Part shown: piece after piece, positions 11,884-24,665 of the stretch
How the letters are laid out: each line of letters starts with the position of its first letter
Numbering within the stretch: the first letter of the stretch is position 1
Assembly: GCA_964016885.1 (NCBI GenBank)
Contig: OZ024752.1
Location: 36,952,001-37,016,000, forward strand
Length of the DNA stretch: 64,000 nt
Origin: Eledone cirrhosa
Lineage: Eukaryota
Direction of reading: 5' to 3'
Notes under the pieces: model-generated
Told to the model about the DNA's origin: nothing
Database searches by the model: none
Seen by the model: the letters and a program-made list of their open reading frames with translations, nothing else
Program-made: the position numbers and the translations under genes

Positions 11884-13865
11884 GTAAGTTTATTATTTTT
11901 AAGTATTTATACATATGAGGATTGGTTGAAAAGTTTGTAGGAAATGATGAAGTTAAGGGCTGAAATACTTGCATGAGTTGGGGTTTCTTTTCTGAAGACT
12001 TTTTGCTGTCCAGCTCTCCTGAGAGTTTCTTATCACTGTTTGTTTATCTGGCTTGAATGTTTGCTATAGATGGTTGTGTTAAACCAAGTGATGGACTCAG
12101 TTTGCCACCCAAGAACATGAAACATTTCCTTTAGAGGGGTTCAACACAATTTCTATCTGGAGACCTCTATGTGGTCATTTAACTAGCTAGAAATATGAGC
12201 CAAATCTTTCTCAAATCACTCTATACTATCTTGGACAGGAAATGACTCATTAGATAATGTAGTCTTATGAGGGTGGGCTGAAAAGCTCATGTCTTTTATA
12301 TGGGAGTTGTGTGACATGTCCTGACCAGCCAAGTTGATGCTTGCTCATGATGTTAGACATGGTTGTTGGTGGCTTTATTGATGGACTTCTTTACTGGTGA
12401 TGAAGTCATCCCACCTGATGCCAAGGATTTTGCATAGGGATTTTGTATCAAAAGCATCTAATTGGTTCTCTTGGCTGGTCTTCTTCAGACTCCACATTCA
12501 CATCCACACAGGAATGTTAAAAATACGTTTCTCATGAATGTGAGGGACAATAAAATCATGGTTGTATCAATGTATCCTTGGAATAAGGAAAGCAAAATGT
12601 GAAGAATCAGAACAAGTATCTTCTTCTTCTTCTTTTCTCCTTTTGACCACTTATACCTGAGAGGGTCATGAGGGCTGAATCCTCAAACACTCCTTCCAGT
12701 GTGCTCCTGTAATCTAGCTACTAGGAAACTTGGTTGGCTAGCTGGTTTGAGAATGGGGTTTTGGTTGTTGGTTGTCAGTCTTCTATGGTGATCAGGTGTT
12801 CAAGTAGTTGGTCTTCTATGACAATCGGGTGTCCTGGTGTACTGGTAGTCAGTCTTCTATGGTGATCGAGTGTCTTCATTAAGCACAACATCAATATGGT
12901 GCTGGAGAGGGAGCTCACTAGGACCAGGTTGACTAAGGGAAGGTTGTTTGGATTGGCAGTATCGGTAGAGGGTCGGACGCCATGCTTTCCAGCATAGTTA
13001 CGTCCCTTTACGATCTGAGTTCAAATCCCGCCGAGGTTGACTTTGCCTTTCATCCTTACGGGGTCGATAAAATAAAGTACCAGTAATGCACTGGGTAATT
13101 GCTGGCTTTGTGCCTAAAGTAGAAACAGTTATGATCCACAACAAACATGACAATTTTAATTTCCTGGTCAAATCATTGAAAAAAAAAAAAAGTGATGAAA
13201 AAAATTTAAAAATAAAAACAAAAACCATAACAGCAAAAATCCCATTTCCTAACAAATAAATCATTCTTGGTTTCAAGATTCAAGACATTTTTCCTTTTGT
13301 ACAAACAAATTGTAAATAATTGTTTCTACTTATGACACAAACCCAGCAGTTACCCAGTGCATTACTGGTACTTTATTTTAGCGACCCCGTAAGGATGAAA
13401 GGCAAAGCTAACCTCGGCGGGATTTGAACTCAGTCCGTAAAGGGACATAACTGTGCTGCAAAGAATGGCGCCCGACCTTCTACCAATACTGTCAATCGTA
13501 AATAATGCAGATTTTATGCTGCAAAACATGGTGTCTGATGTTCTAACAATACTGCCAATCCACTGCCCTTAATGATGATGATAATAATGATTTCTATAAT
13601 AGGCACAAGGCCAGCAATTTTGGGGGAGGGAAAAAGTCGATTAAATTGACCCCAGTGTATTACTGGTGCTTTATTTTATCGACCTTGTAAGGATGAAAGG
13701 CAAACTAACCTTGACGGGATTTGAACTCAGATCATAAAGGGCCGTAACTTTATGCTGCAAAGTATAGTATCCGACGCTCTACTGTTACTGCCAATCCACC
13801 AATAATAATAATAATAATGATAATAATAATCTTTACCTAATTATTTTTCGTATTATTTTATTCAG

Positions 13866-13912
13866 GATTTGACTTCAAACACAAAATGTGCCTACTGGAG
13901 TTCTAACTCATC
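13866..13912 (+). CDS. aGPCR exon, GPS start (DLTSNTKCAYWSSNS)
   Basis: tttcag/gtaagt, phase 0-2; C-x-x-W motif. Confidence 0.9.
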
Positions 13913-14279
13913 GTAAGTCACACTGGAAGCTATAGGGATATCTTCTTCTTCTTCTTCTTCTTCTTCTTCTTTTTCTTTTTCTTTTTTTTCTTCTTTTTCT
14001 TCTTTTTCTTCTTCTTCTTTTTCTTCTTTTTCTTCTTCTTCTTCTTCTTCTTCTCACTTATTCCTGGGAGGGTGGTGGGGGCAGAATCCTTAAGTACATG
14101 TTACAGTGGATCCTGTCAGAAGCAACCATCTCCAACTGATCTGGCTGGATCCCCAAGCAAGACCAGCCAAGCATCTTGCTTGGCTGGTGTCTACCTCTGG
14201 GTCTCCTGTTGATTGGTTTTTGCCTGTAAAATTTGTCCAGCGATTCTTTTCTGAGACATTCTAATCTCATGCCCATAAT

Positions 14280-15151
14280 ATCAGAGCTGTGATCTCTCAA
14301 TTCAGAGAAGTAGTGTCTCAACCTGGAGTGTCTCTCTGATCTCTGAGCTACGAACTCTATCAGAGCTGTGATCTCTCAATTCAGAGAAGTAGTGTCTCAA
14401 CCTGGAGCGTCTCTCTGATCTCTGAGCTACGAACTCTATCAGAGCTGTGATCTCTCAATTCAGAGAAGTAGTGTCTCAACCTGGAGCGTCTCTCTGATCT
14501 CTGAGCTACGAACTCTATCAGAGCTGTGATCTCTCAATTCAGAGAAGTAGTGTCTCAACCTGGAGCGTCTCTCTGATCTCTGAGCTACGAACTCTATCAG
14601 AGCTGTGATCTCTCAATTCAGAGAAGTAGTGTCTCAACCTGGAGCGTCTCTCTGATCTCTGAGCTACGAACTCTATCAGAGCTGTGATCTCTCAATTCAG
14701 AGAAGTAGTGTCTCAACCTGGAGCGTCTCTCTGATCTCTGAGCTACGAACTCTATCAGAGCTGTGATCTCTCAATTCAGAGAAGTAGTGTCTCAACCTGG
14801 AGCGTCTCTCTGATCTCTGAGCTACGAACTCTATCAGAGCTGTGATCTCTCAATTCAGAGAAGTAGTGTCTCAATCTGGAGTGTCTCTCTGATCTCTGAG
14901 CTACGAACTCTATCAGAGCTGTGATCTCTCAATTCAGAGAAGTAGTGTCTCAATCTGGAGCGTCTCTCTGATCTCTGAGCTACGAACTCTATCAGAGCTG
15001 TGATCTCTCAATTCAGAGAAGTAGTGTCTCAATCTGGAGCGTCTCTCTGATCTCTGAGCTACGAACTCTATCAGAGCTGTGATCTCTCAATTCAGAGAAG
15101 TAGTGTTTCAACCTGGAGCGTCTCTCTGATCTCTGAGCTACGCACTCTATC
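14280..15151. repeat. 79-bp tandem repeat, 11 copies, within an RTE LINE remnant (minus strand)
   Basis: Units start at 14280, 14359 and so on; the flank encodes an RRPRGR-like RTE C-terminus. Confidence 0.93.
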
Positions 15152-15867
15152 AAGTAGTGTTACTCAAGACACCCTTCAGAGAAACCCCATTTCAGTTGCT
15201 TGTATTCACAATTGTATTCTTTTGGTCATTACCCAAGACACACGACCATAAAGGATACAATCACAAATACAAGTGGCTGAAATGGGGTGTCTCCGAAGGA
15301 TCTTTTCAGGCTGAAAAGAGTGATGGATGAGATGAGATATAAAACATCGAGACCAGCCAAGCTCATGGATGTTATCCAACCATCTTGCTCAGAGTCTACC
15401 CTTGGGTCTCCTGCCGATAGGTTTTGCCTGTAAAACCACATGTCCATAATATCAGAGCTGTGATATCTCAATTTGGAGAAGTAGCGACTCTCTGATCACG
15501 AATACAAGTGGCTGAAATGGAGTCCCTCCGAAAGGTCTTTGGTGTAGATTTCAGGATGTAAAGGGTGAGGATAAAATAAGATATAAAACATTACCATACT
15601 ATAGTTATCAGTATTAAATGGTTTTCCTGGTTTCATAAGTTTCTTTCGGCTCTTCTCTTTTATTTCTCTGATATTCCGCCTCCATACACATGCACACATG
15701 TATCTGTGTGTATATCATGACTCATACACTGTTCACTTTTCTGACGTTTGTACATTTTTCTATCTACTATACATGCACCTTTGATGAGTTGTAATATACC
15801 TGAGCACTGTACACAATAATTTTCATAATTATTATTTTTTTTATTATTATTATCTTCTTGTTTTTAG

Positions 15868-15988
15868 GGAGTTTACTGGACAATGGAAAACAGACGGTTG
15901 TAACCGTAGCTCAGGGAATGAATATTATACAGAATGTGTCTGCAACCACCTGACCAGTTTTGCTATTCTAATGAGCCATCATGCACCA
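15868..15988 (+). CDS. aGPCR exon, GPS cleavage site and tethered agonist (EFTGQWKTDGCNRSSGNEYYTECVCNHLTSFAILMSHHAP)
   Basis: ttttag/gtgagt, phase 2-0; canonical W..GC...C.C.HL/T motif. Confidence 0.97.
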
Positions 15989-16217
15989 GTGAGTAAAACA
16001 TTTTTCAAAGAAGTTTCTTAAGATTTCAGATCAATTGTTGATTAACTCTTTTTATGATCACATGTGATGCAGTCATATTGTTGTTTTGTACTTTATAACA
16101 ATATCTTACTAGTGTGCTTTCTTGTGGTACAGGATGTTAAGAATTTAAGTTTTATCAACTCTTAATCCTTTCATGACCAGACTGCATTTCTAATGAAATA
16201 CTGTCTGTTTTAATTAA

Positions 16218-16443
16218 TTAACCCTTTAGCATTAAAACCAGCTGTATCTGGCCAGAATTCTCTCACCTCTTTCTGTTCAAACTTGCTGTAACTGTCCATT
16301 CATACTAATGTTAAGGTATTGTTCTCAAAATAAATATCAAAATCTCATAGATTTGATATTAAGTGAAATAATTATGTTAGGTAAAGCCTTTACCATGAAA
16401 ATACAATAGTAAATATAGAGTAATGTAGATGCTAAAGGGTTAA
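16218..16443. mobile_element. piggyBac-type MITE (~225 bp), representative of ~17 copies (e.g. 6656-6865, 9992-10217, 16700-16927, 19049-19234, 20177-20370, 21944-22171, 25424-25633, 25996-26220, 32440-32709, 37928-38149, 45354-45632, 45712-45926, 59178-59383)
   Basis: TTAA-CCCTTTAGCAT ... ATGCTAAAGGG-TTAA termini. Confidence 0.9.
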
Positions 16444-17489
16444 TGAAGAATTTTGAGGGATTTACTAAAATTATTAATTATTTCATTACTAAGATAGTAA
16501 CTTAATCTTTTTATGACTGCATTTCTAATGAAATACACTCTATTTCAATTAATAAATAAAGAATTTTGAGGGATTTACTAAAATTACCGTATTTCCTGGC
16601 GCCGAAGACAAGCAAAAATTTGAAAAAAAATAATAAATAACCTTGTAAGGATTCTTATATAAAATTAAGTGGGAAGATTTTAATTTAAATTGGAAACCTT
16701 TAACCCTTTAGCATTCACATTACTCTATATTTACTATTATATTTTCATGGTAAAGGCTTTATCTCACATAATTATCTCACATAATATCGAATCTATGAGA
16801 TTTTAAAAGTATTTATTTTGAGAACAATACCTTAACATCAGTTTGAACGACCAGTTACAGCCAGTTTCAACAGAAAAAGGTAGGGAATTCTGGCCGGTTT
16901 TGGCTGGTTTGAACATTAAAGGGTTAAAATGGTTGATTTTTATTTCATAGAACTAGAGCTGGTTTTGGTCAGGTTGGTAATAAAAGGGTTAAATTAACAT
17001 CAAGTTTGAGATGGAAATAATACAAACATTAATTAAAATGCTAATTAAAAATGAGACCTATGCCATTTAGAGGTTCTTGTTGCTCTGTACATCATCCTCA
17101 TCAGCATCATTACTGCATACATCATCATTATTATCATCATTGTTATTATTGCATACATCGTTATTATTGTTACTGCATAGATCATCATTATCATCATTAT
17201 CATCATCATCATCATGATCATCATTACTGCATACATCATCATCATCATCATTCTCAAAATTTTACATCTGTTGTTCGATTCTTTCATGGGTTAGATGGAT
17301 CCTCCTCAGTACAGCATCTCTCCACTTATTACACTTCTTTGTTTTCATCCATGAGCTTTAACGATCTGAGATCAGCTCTCACCACTTCCATCAAGGTCTT
17401 CCTTGGTCTTCCTCTACTGCAGCCTCCCTCCACTGGAATTACTTGGCACTTCTTCACCCAGTGATCGTCCTCCTTGTGCATCACATGTC

Positions 17490-18210
17490 TATACATGTTC
17501 AGAGACGTGCAACCAAGCGCATACCCTCCATCAGACACCTACCATACTCTGAACGCCTTGCTTCCCTGGGCATGGATTCATTGAAGCTCCGACGTCTGGC
17601 AATGGACTTGGTAAACACCCACAAAGTTATTAACCATCTCGCCAACAACAACCCTGAGCACCTTTTTGATCTCCATGTGTCTAACACACGTGGACATGCC
17701 TACAAGATCAGAAAACAGCACAGCTCCCATGACTTTCGTAAACATTTTTTCACGCTCAGAGTTGCTGAAGCATGGAACAAACTGCCTGCGTCAGTTGTTA
17801 GCTGTCGAGACACTGCATCCTTTAAGACACTCATGGAACAAACTGCCTGCGTCAGTTGTTAACTGTCGAGACACTGCATCCTTTAAGACACTCATGGAAC
17901 AAACTGCTTGCGTCAGTTGTTAGCTGTCGAGACACTGCATCCTTTAAGACACTCATGGAACAAACTGCCTGCGTCAGTTGTTAGCTGCCGAGACACTGCA
18001 TCCTTTAAAACACTCATACTTCCCGAAATACGCCAAAACTACACCTGATGTACCCCTTCCATACACATGCACACATGTGTATATCATGACTCATGCACTG
18101 TTCATTTTCCTGATGTTTGTACATTACCCTATGTACTATACATACACTTTTTGATGAGTTGTAGTGCACCTGAGCACTGTACACAATATTTCATTATTAT
18201 TATTATTATA
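17490..18210 (+). mobile_element. CR1-clade LINE 3' fragment with internal 61-bp x4 duplication; shorter copies 19388-19715, 15675-15850, 57278-57370
   Basis: VQRRATKRIP..LPYSERL..L..LRRL..D...TRGH...RKHFF..RV...WN.LP motif; (TTA)n tail. Confidence 0.9.
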
Positions 18211-19814
18211 TACCGCCGAGGTTAACTTTGCCTTTCATCCTTATGGGGTTGATAAAATAAAGTACCAGTAATACACTGGGTAATTGCTGGCCTTGTGCCA
18301 AAACTAGAAACAATTATTATTATTATATACCAACACAGTCTCCTCTCCTGAACACTACGTCTGATTCCTCTTATGCCCAGTTTCCCCCTCAGTTCGTCCA
18401 TGCTTTGCTGCTCTCACACATTAACACTGCACATCAATATATTTCATTTTAGAACTTTCTAATTTTCTAAAGCTCTTCACTATTCAGTACTTCGGTAGAG
18501 GGTCGGACGTCATGCTTTCCAGCATAGTTACGTCCCTTTACGGTCTGAATTAAAATACCACCGAGGTTAACTTTGCCTTTCTCCCTTACGGGGTCGATAA
18601 AATAAAGTACCAGTTATGTACTGGGATAATTGTTGGCCTTGTGCCAAAAAGTAGAAACAGTTATTTACTTTGGATCTGGGAGTGACATAAATGCTGTTCT
18701 CAGTCTAAAGTTGTTATAAATTGAAATCTTATTTCTGACTTGTGTTTTATTGCTCTCACTCTCCCTCCCTTCTCCTGGTTTCACCCTCTCTTCTTCTTGC
18801 TTTGCCTCTCCTCTCTCTCTCTCATTTGCTCTCCCCCTCCCTCTTTCTTTTGCTCTATGACCCCCTATACATAATTCTCTTATTTGATTCCTTGCTTTCA
18901 AAGTACTCCAAGCATGTAAGTGGTCAGAAGTAAACAAAATTTGAGAAACTTGTTGAAACTTTAAAACAGATGAAATGGTAAAAAAAAAAAGCATTAGGTA
19001 ATGGAGTTGTGAAACAAAAACTATACCCTAAACAACACTTAAAACATTTTAACCCTTTAGTATTTTCCTGGTAAAGGTTTTTTTTCTCACATGATATGAA
19101 ATCTATGAGATTTTGATATTTATTTTGAGAACAACACCTTAACATAAGTACGAGTGGCCGGTTACAGCCAGTTTGAACAGAAAGTGATGAGAGAATTCTG
19201 GTCAGATATAACCAGTTCAAATACTAAAGGGTTAGAGATCAAATATTAAAACTTCATAAATATATCTTATATTCATGAGAATTTCAAAACTATGCCATCT
19301 AAACAATGTGTTGATCAGCTGCCTCAGATTTAAAATAGAGGGCTAGGGTCGGTTTATATTTAGATCAGCTTATATTCAAGTATATAAAGTGGACATGCCT
19401 ACAAAGTCAGAAAACAGCACAGTTCCCATGACTTTCGGAAACATTTTTTCACGCTTAGAGTTGCTGAAGCATGGAACAAACTACCTGCATCAGTTGTTAG
19501 CTGTCGAGACACTGCATCCTTTAAAACCCTCATGCTTCCCAAAATTTGCCAAAACTACACCTGATGTCCCCCTTCCATGCACATGCACACATGTGTATAT
19601 CATGACTCATGCTCTGTTCATTTTCCTGACGTTTGTACATTACCCTACGTACTATACATACACTTTTGGTGAGTTGTAGTGCACCCGAGCACTGTACACA
19701 ATATTTTCATTATTATTTATATTTTAAGTTTGTAAATTTTTTGGTGTTGTCAATAGTCAGTATTATTCATATATATTTGAAATATTGTTTTAATTAGAAA
19801 TTGTTTTATTTCAG

Positions 19815-19912
19815 ATTAACTCAAACAATATGGATCTTGTGTCTAGGATAGGTGGAATGGTTTCCATTCTGGCTGTTTTCCTCACGATCGTATGTTATAT
19901 AATACTTTGGCG
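19815..19912 (+). CDS. aGPCR exon, TM1 (INSNNMDLVSRIGGMVSILAVFLTIVCYIILWR)
   Basis: tttcag/gtaagt, phase 0-2. Confidence 0.93.
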
Positions 19913-20435
19913 GTAAGTTTACTTCATCTTCATCATCATCATGATTATTTGCCATTAATCCCACTACACCTCTTGTCAACCATTGCAGACTGTATGGAAT
20001 TTATGCCTACTTTTTTTCTGCATATCAAGCACAGTCATTTCCTTGATGAAATCAATGTTCTGCCTTCTTTTCTATTTCATAAAACTTTAGTTTTTGAGGC
20101 CATTCAATTCTATATCTAAAATTTCTTTGCTATACTTCTACTGATTCTGTAGGAGTTCCCATTGATAGCCAGGCTTAACCCTTTCTGGCCTGGATTCTCT
20201 AACCTCTTTCTGTTTAAACTGGCTGTAATCGGCCACTCAAACCAACGTTAAGGTATTGTTCACAAAATAAATAATTTCAAAATCTCGTAGATTCAATATT
20301 ATGTGAGATAAAGCCTTTCCCATGAAAATACAATAGTATATATAGAGTAATGTAAATGTTAAAGGGTTAATTTGTTTCTATTATTGCCTTCTAAATCAAT
20401 TACAAAAGCCTAAAATTTTCAATTCTCTTTTTCAG

Positions 20436-20553
20436 ATATGTTACAACAACCACTTTGAACAGATCCCGAGCCATAATTTTGATGAATCTCTGTGCATCAA
20501 TGTTTATAGCAAACCTACTCTTCCTGTTGAGTGATTTTTTTAAAAACAATGAG
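20436..20553 (+). CDS. aGPCR exon, ICL1-TM2 (YVTTTTLNRSRAIILMNLCASMFIANLLFLLSDFFKNNE)
   Basis: tttcag/gtacat, phase 2-0; NLC motif. Confidence 0.93.
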
Positions 20554-20726
20554 GTACATAGAATTTCTACCAGATCCATTATATATATATATGTAGATAA
20601 ATCTACCAAGAGTTTACGGTAGTGTCCAATCCGTATGAAGAACTCAATGTAATCCGGATATCATGGAAAGAAGAGATGCAATGAAAAATCACTTTCGGTG
20701 AAAGATAAACGGAATACAGAGTCAAG

Positions 20727-21138
20727 ATAAAATATTAAAAAAATAATGAATAAAACAATGAAACAGTTCCTTATATTAAACAAAAAAAGTTCATTATTTA
20801 ACGATCGTTTCTAGGATATATATGTGTTAGAATTGGCATGCATATTCAACAGATCTATGTACAAAATTATACAAAATTATACAAACTATCAAAATTAAAT
20901 ATACATACCAACACATATATATGCCGTCTTCAGAAAAATGATGAAGACGGCATATATATGTGTTGGTATGTATATTTAATTTTGATAGTTTGTATAATTT
21001 TGTATAATTTTGTACATAGATCTGTTGAATATGCATGCCAATTCTAACACATATATATCCTAGAAACGATCGTTAAATAATGAACTTTTTTTGTTTAATA
21101 TAAGGAACTGTTTCATTGTTTTATTCATTATTTTTTTA

Positions 21139-21147
<9 letters not shown>
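20727..21147. repeat. Perfect palindrome, 206-bp arms, 9-nt spacer
   Basis: 20727-20932 is the reverse complement of 20942-21147; mirrored ORFs 20827..21036(-) and 20838..21047(+) agree. Confidence 0.97.
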
Positions 21148-21228
<81 letters not shown>

Positions 21229-21305
21229 GTCGTCAAGTATGAAATTTGTAGAAATTTGTAGAAATTTGTTTTTTTTCTACAAATTTCATACTTGATGACC
21301 CAGTG

Positions 21306-21366
<61 letters not shown>

Positions 21367-22254
21367 TATATGTAATTATAGTCTTAATCCAAAACTTTAT
21401 CATTGATTTAATTTTGATTATATTATTCACCCTGTGTTCAATATTGATTATTTCATAACTGTGAATGGATCTAAATATTCCATTCACTTCTTCTATATTC
21501 CTCATTATATTGTAAGATGTTTTGCAGCATTGAGTTATGACCCTTTGTGTTCTGAGTTCAAATCCTACTGAGGTCAACTTTACCTCTCATCCATTTGAGA
21601 TCGCTAAAAAAATAAGTACCAGTCTAGTACTGGGGTTGATTCTTCCTCTATCTCTCTTTCTCTCTCTCTATCCTTCTCTGGAAGAAAACTTCTGCATTCA
21701 GACCCGGAGAAGAGATGGACCCTGCCAGCTCTAAAAAATCCCCTAAGAAACGCTGTATGTCAATACTGTGCCCTACGATTTCCTCGGCAGTTACAGGTCC
21801 ACAAGGCACCATCAGATATGTAGGAAATTTATTATGGAAAGTTGGCAAAGAAAATTGTTTACTACAAAATATACTGTATGTTCTTCTTGTGTATAATATA
21901 AGAAAATGAAGTTAACGGCTCTATTTTTTTTTGTATTGAGCCCTTTAACCCTTTAGCATTTAAACCAGCTGCATCCGGGCAGAATTCCCTCACCTCTTTC
22001 TGTTCAAACTGGCTGTAACCGGCTGCTCATACTGATGTTAAGGTATTGTTCTCAAAGTAAATAATATCAAAATCTCATAGATTCGATATTATGTGAGATA
22101 ATTATGTGGTTAAGCCTTTACTATGAACATATAATAGTAAATATAGAGTAATGTAAATGCTAAAGAGTTAATTGTGTGATTAGACTACTTAATTCTAATA
22201 TAAAATGTTGGAATAATTTAGTTGTTTATATATAAATATCATTTTATTTTACAG

Positions 22255-22402
22255 ATCATATGCAAAATGATATCAACCCTGCTTCATTACTTTTACCTCG
22301 CTGTGTTCTTCATTATGTTAGCAGAAGGAATTGATATCTTCATCACAATTGTATTTGTCTTTTCAAAGATCGATGTAAAAAAACTTATTTTGGCTGCTTG
22401 GG
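22255..22402 (+). CDS. aGPCR exon, TM3-TM4 start (IICKMISTLLHYFYLAVFFIMLAEGIDIFITIVFVFSKIDVKKLILAAW)
   Basis: ttacag/gtaatt, phase 0-1; C...LLHYF.L...M..EG. Confidence 0.96.
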
Positions 22403-22421
22403 GTAATTAAACACATTTTTG

Positions 22422-24665
22422 TCATTTTTATACCCTATTTTTAAAAGGCTGTGCCCCAGCATGGCCATAGCCAGTCAACTGAAACTAGTAAAAAGAGTTA
22501 TCATTTTTATACCCTATTTTTCAAAGGCTGTGTCCCAGCATGGCCATAGCCAGTCAACTGAAACTAGTAAAAAGAGTTATCATTTTTATACCCTATTTTT
22601 CAAAGGCTGTGTCCCAGCATGGCCATAGCCAGTCAACTGAAACTAGTAAAAAGAGTTATCATTTTTATACCCTATTTTTCAAAGGCTGTGTCCCAGCATG
22701 GCCATAGCCAGTCAACTGAAACTAGTAAAAAGAGTTATCATTTTTATACCCTATTTTTCAAAGGCTGTGTCCCAGCATGGCCATAGCCAGTCAACTGAAA
22801 CTAGTAAAAAGAGTTATCATTTTTATACCCTATTTTTCAAAGGCTGTGTCCCAGCATGGCCATAGCCAGTCAACTGAAACTAGTAAAAAGAGTTATCATT
22901 TTTATACCCTATTTTTAAAAGGCTATGCCCCAGCATTGGCCATAGCCAGTCAACTGAAACTAGTAAAAAGAGTTATCATTTTTATACCCTATTTTTAAAA
23001 GGCTATGCCCCAGCATTGGCCATAGCCAGTCAACTGAAACTAGTAAAAAGAGTTATCATTTTTATACCCTATTTTTCAAAGGCTGTGTCCCAGCATGGCC
23101 ATAGCCAGTCAACTGAAACTAGTAAAAAGAGTTATCATTTTTATACCCTATTTTTCAAAGGCTGTGTCCCAGCATGGCCATAGCCAGTCAACTGAAACTA
23201 GTAAAAAGAGTTATCATTTTTATACCCTATTTTTAAAAGGCTATGCCCCAGCATTGGCCATAGCCAGTCAACTGAAACTAGTAAAAAGAGTTATCATTTT
23301 TATACCCTATTTTTCAAAGGCTGTGTCCCAGCATGGCCATAGCCAGTCAACTGAAACTAGTAAAAAGAGTTATCATTTTTATACCCTATTTTTCAAAGGC
23401 TGTGTCCCAGCATGGCCATAGCCAGTCAACTGAAACTAGTAAAAAGAGTTATCATTTTTATACCCTATTTTTAAAAGGCTATGCCCCAGCATTGGCCATA
23501 GCCAGTCAACTGAAACTAGTAAAAAGAGTTATCATTTTTATACCCTATTTTTCAAAGGCTGTGTCCCAGCATGGCCATAGCCAGTCAACTGAAACTAGTA
23601 AAAAGAGTTATCATTTTTATACCCTATTTTTCAAAGGCTGTGTCCCAGCATGGCCATAGCCAGTCAACTGAAACTAGTAAAAAGAGTTATCATTTTTATA
23701 CCCTATTTTTAAAAGGCTATGCCCCAGCATTGGCCATAGCCAGTCAACTGAAACTAGTAAAAAGAGTTATCATTTTTATACCCTATTTTTCAAAGGCTGT
23801 GTCCCAGCATGGCCATAGCCAGTCAACTGAAACTAGTAAAAAGAGTTATCATTTTTATACCCTATTTTTCAAAGGCTGTGTCCCAGCATGGCCATAGCCA
23901 GTCAACTGAAACTAGTAAAAAGAGTTATCATTTTTATACCCTATTTTTAAAAGGCTATGCCCCAGCATTGGCCATAGCCAGTCAACTGAAACTAGTAAAA
24001 AGAGTTATCATTTTTATACCCTATTTTTCAAAGGCTGTGTCCCAGCATGGCCATAGCCAGTCAACTGAAACTAGTAAAAAGAGTTATCATTTTTATACCC
24101 TATTTTTAAAAGGCTGTGTCCCAGCATGGCCATAGCCAGTCAACTGAAACTAGTAAAAAGAGTTATCATTTTTATACCCTATTTTTCAAAGGCTGTGTCC
24201 CAGCATGGCCATAGCCAGTCAACTGAAACTAGTAAAAAGAGTTATCATTTTTATACCCTATTTTTCAAAGGCTGTGTCCCAGCATGGCCATAGCCAGTCA
24301 ACTGAAACTAGTAAAAAGAGTTATCATTTTTATACCCTATTTTTAAAAGGCTGTGCCCCAGCATTGGCCATAGCCAGTCAACTGAAACTAGTAAAAAGAG
24401 TTATCATTTTTATACCCTATTTTTCAAAGGCTGTGTCCCAGCATGGCCATAGCCAGTCAACTGAAACTAGTAAAAAGAGTTATCATTTTTATACCCTATT
24501 TTTCAAAGGCTATGCCTCAGCATTGGCCATAGCCAGTCAACTGAAACTAGTAAAAAGAGTTATCATTTTTATACCCTATTTTTCAAAGGCTGTGCCCCAG
24601 CATGGCCATAGCCAGTCAGATGGCACTGGTAAAAAGAGTTATCATTTTTATACTCTATTTTTTAA
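22422..24665. repeat. 79/80-bp satellite, ~28 copies, with 238-bp higher-order period
   Basis: Two unit variants; near-identical ORFs recur at 23095, 23333, 23571 and 23809. Confidence 0.97.

Noticed and set aside
22422-24665. CRISPR-like regular repeats (also 14280-15151 and 33842-34472)
   Set aside because: No unique spacers, no cas genes, eukaryotic intron context; these are plain tandem repeats.
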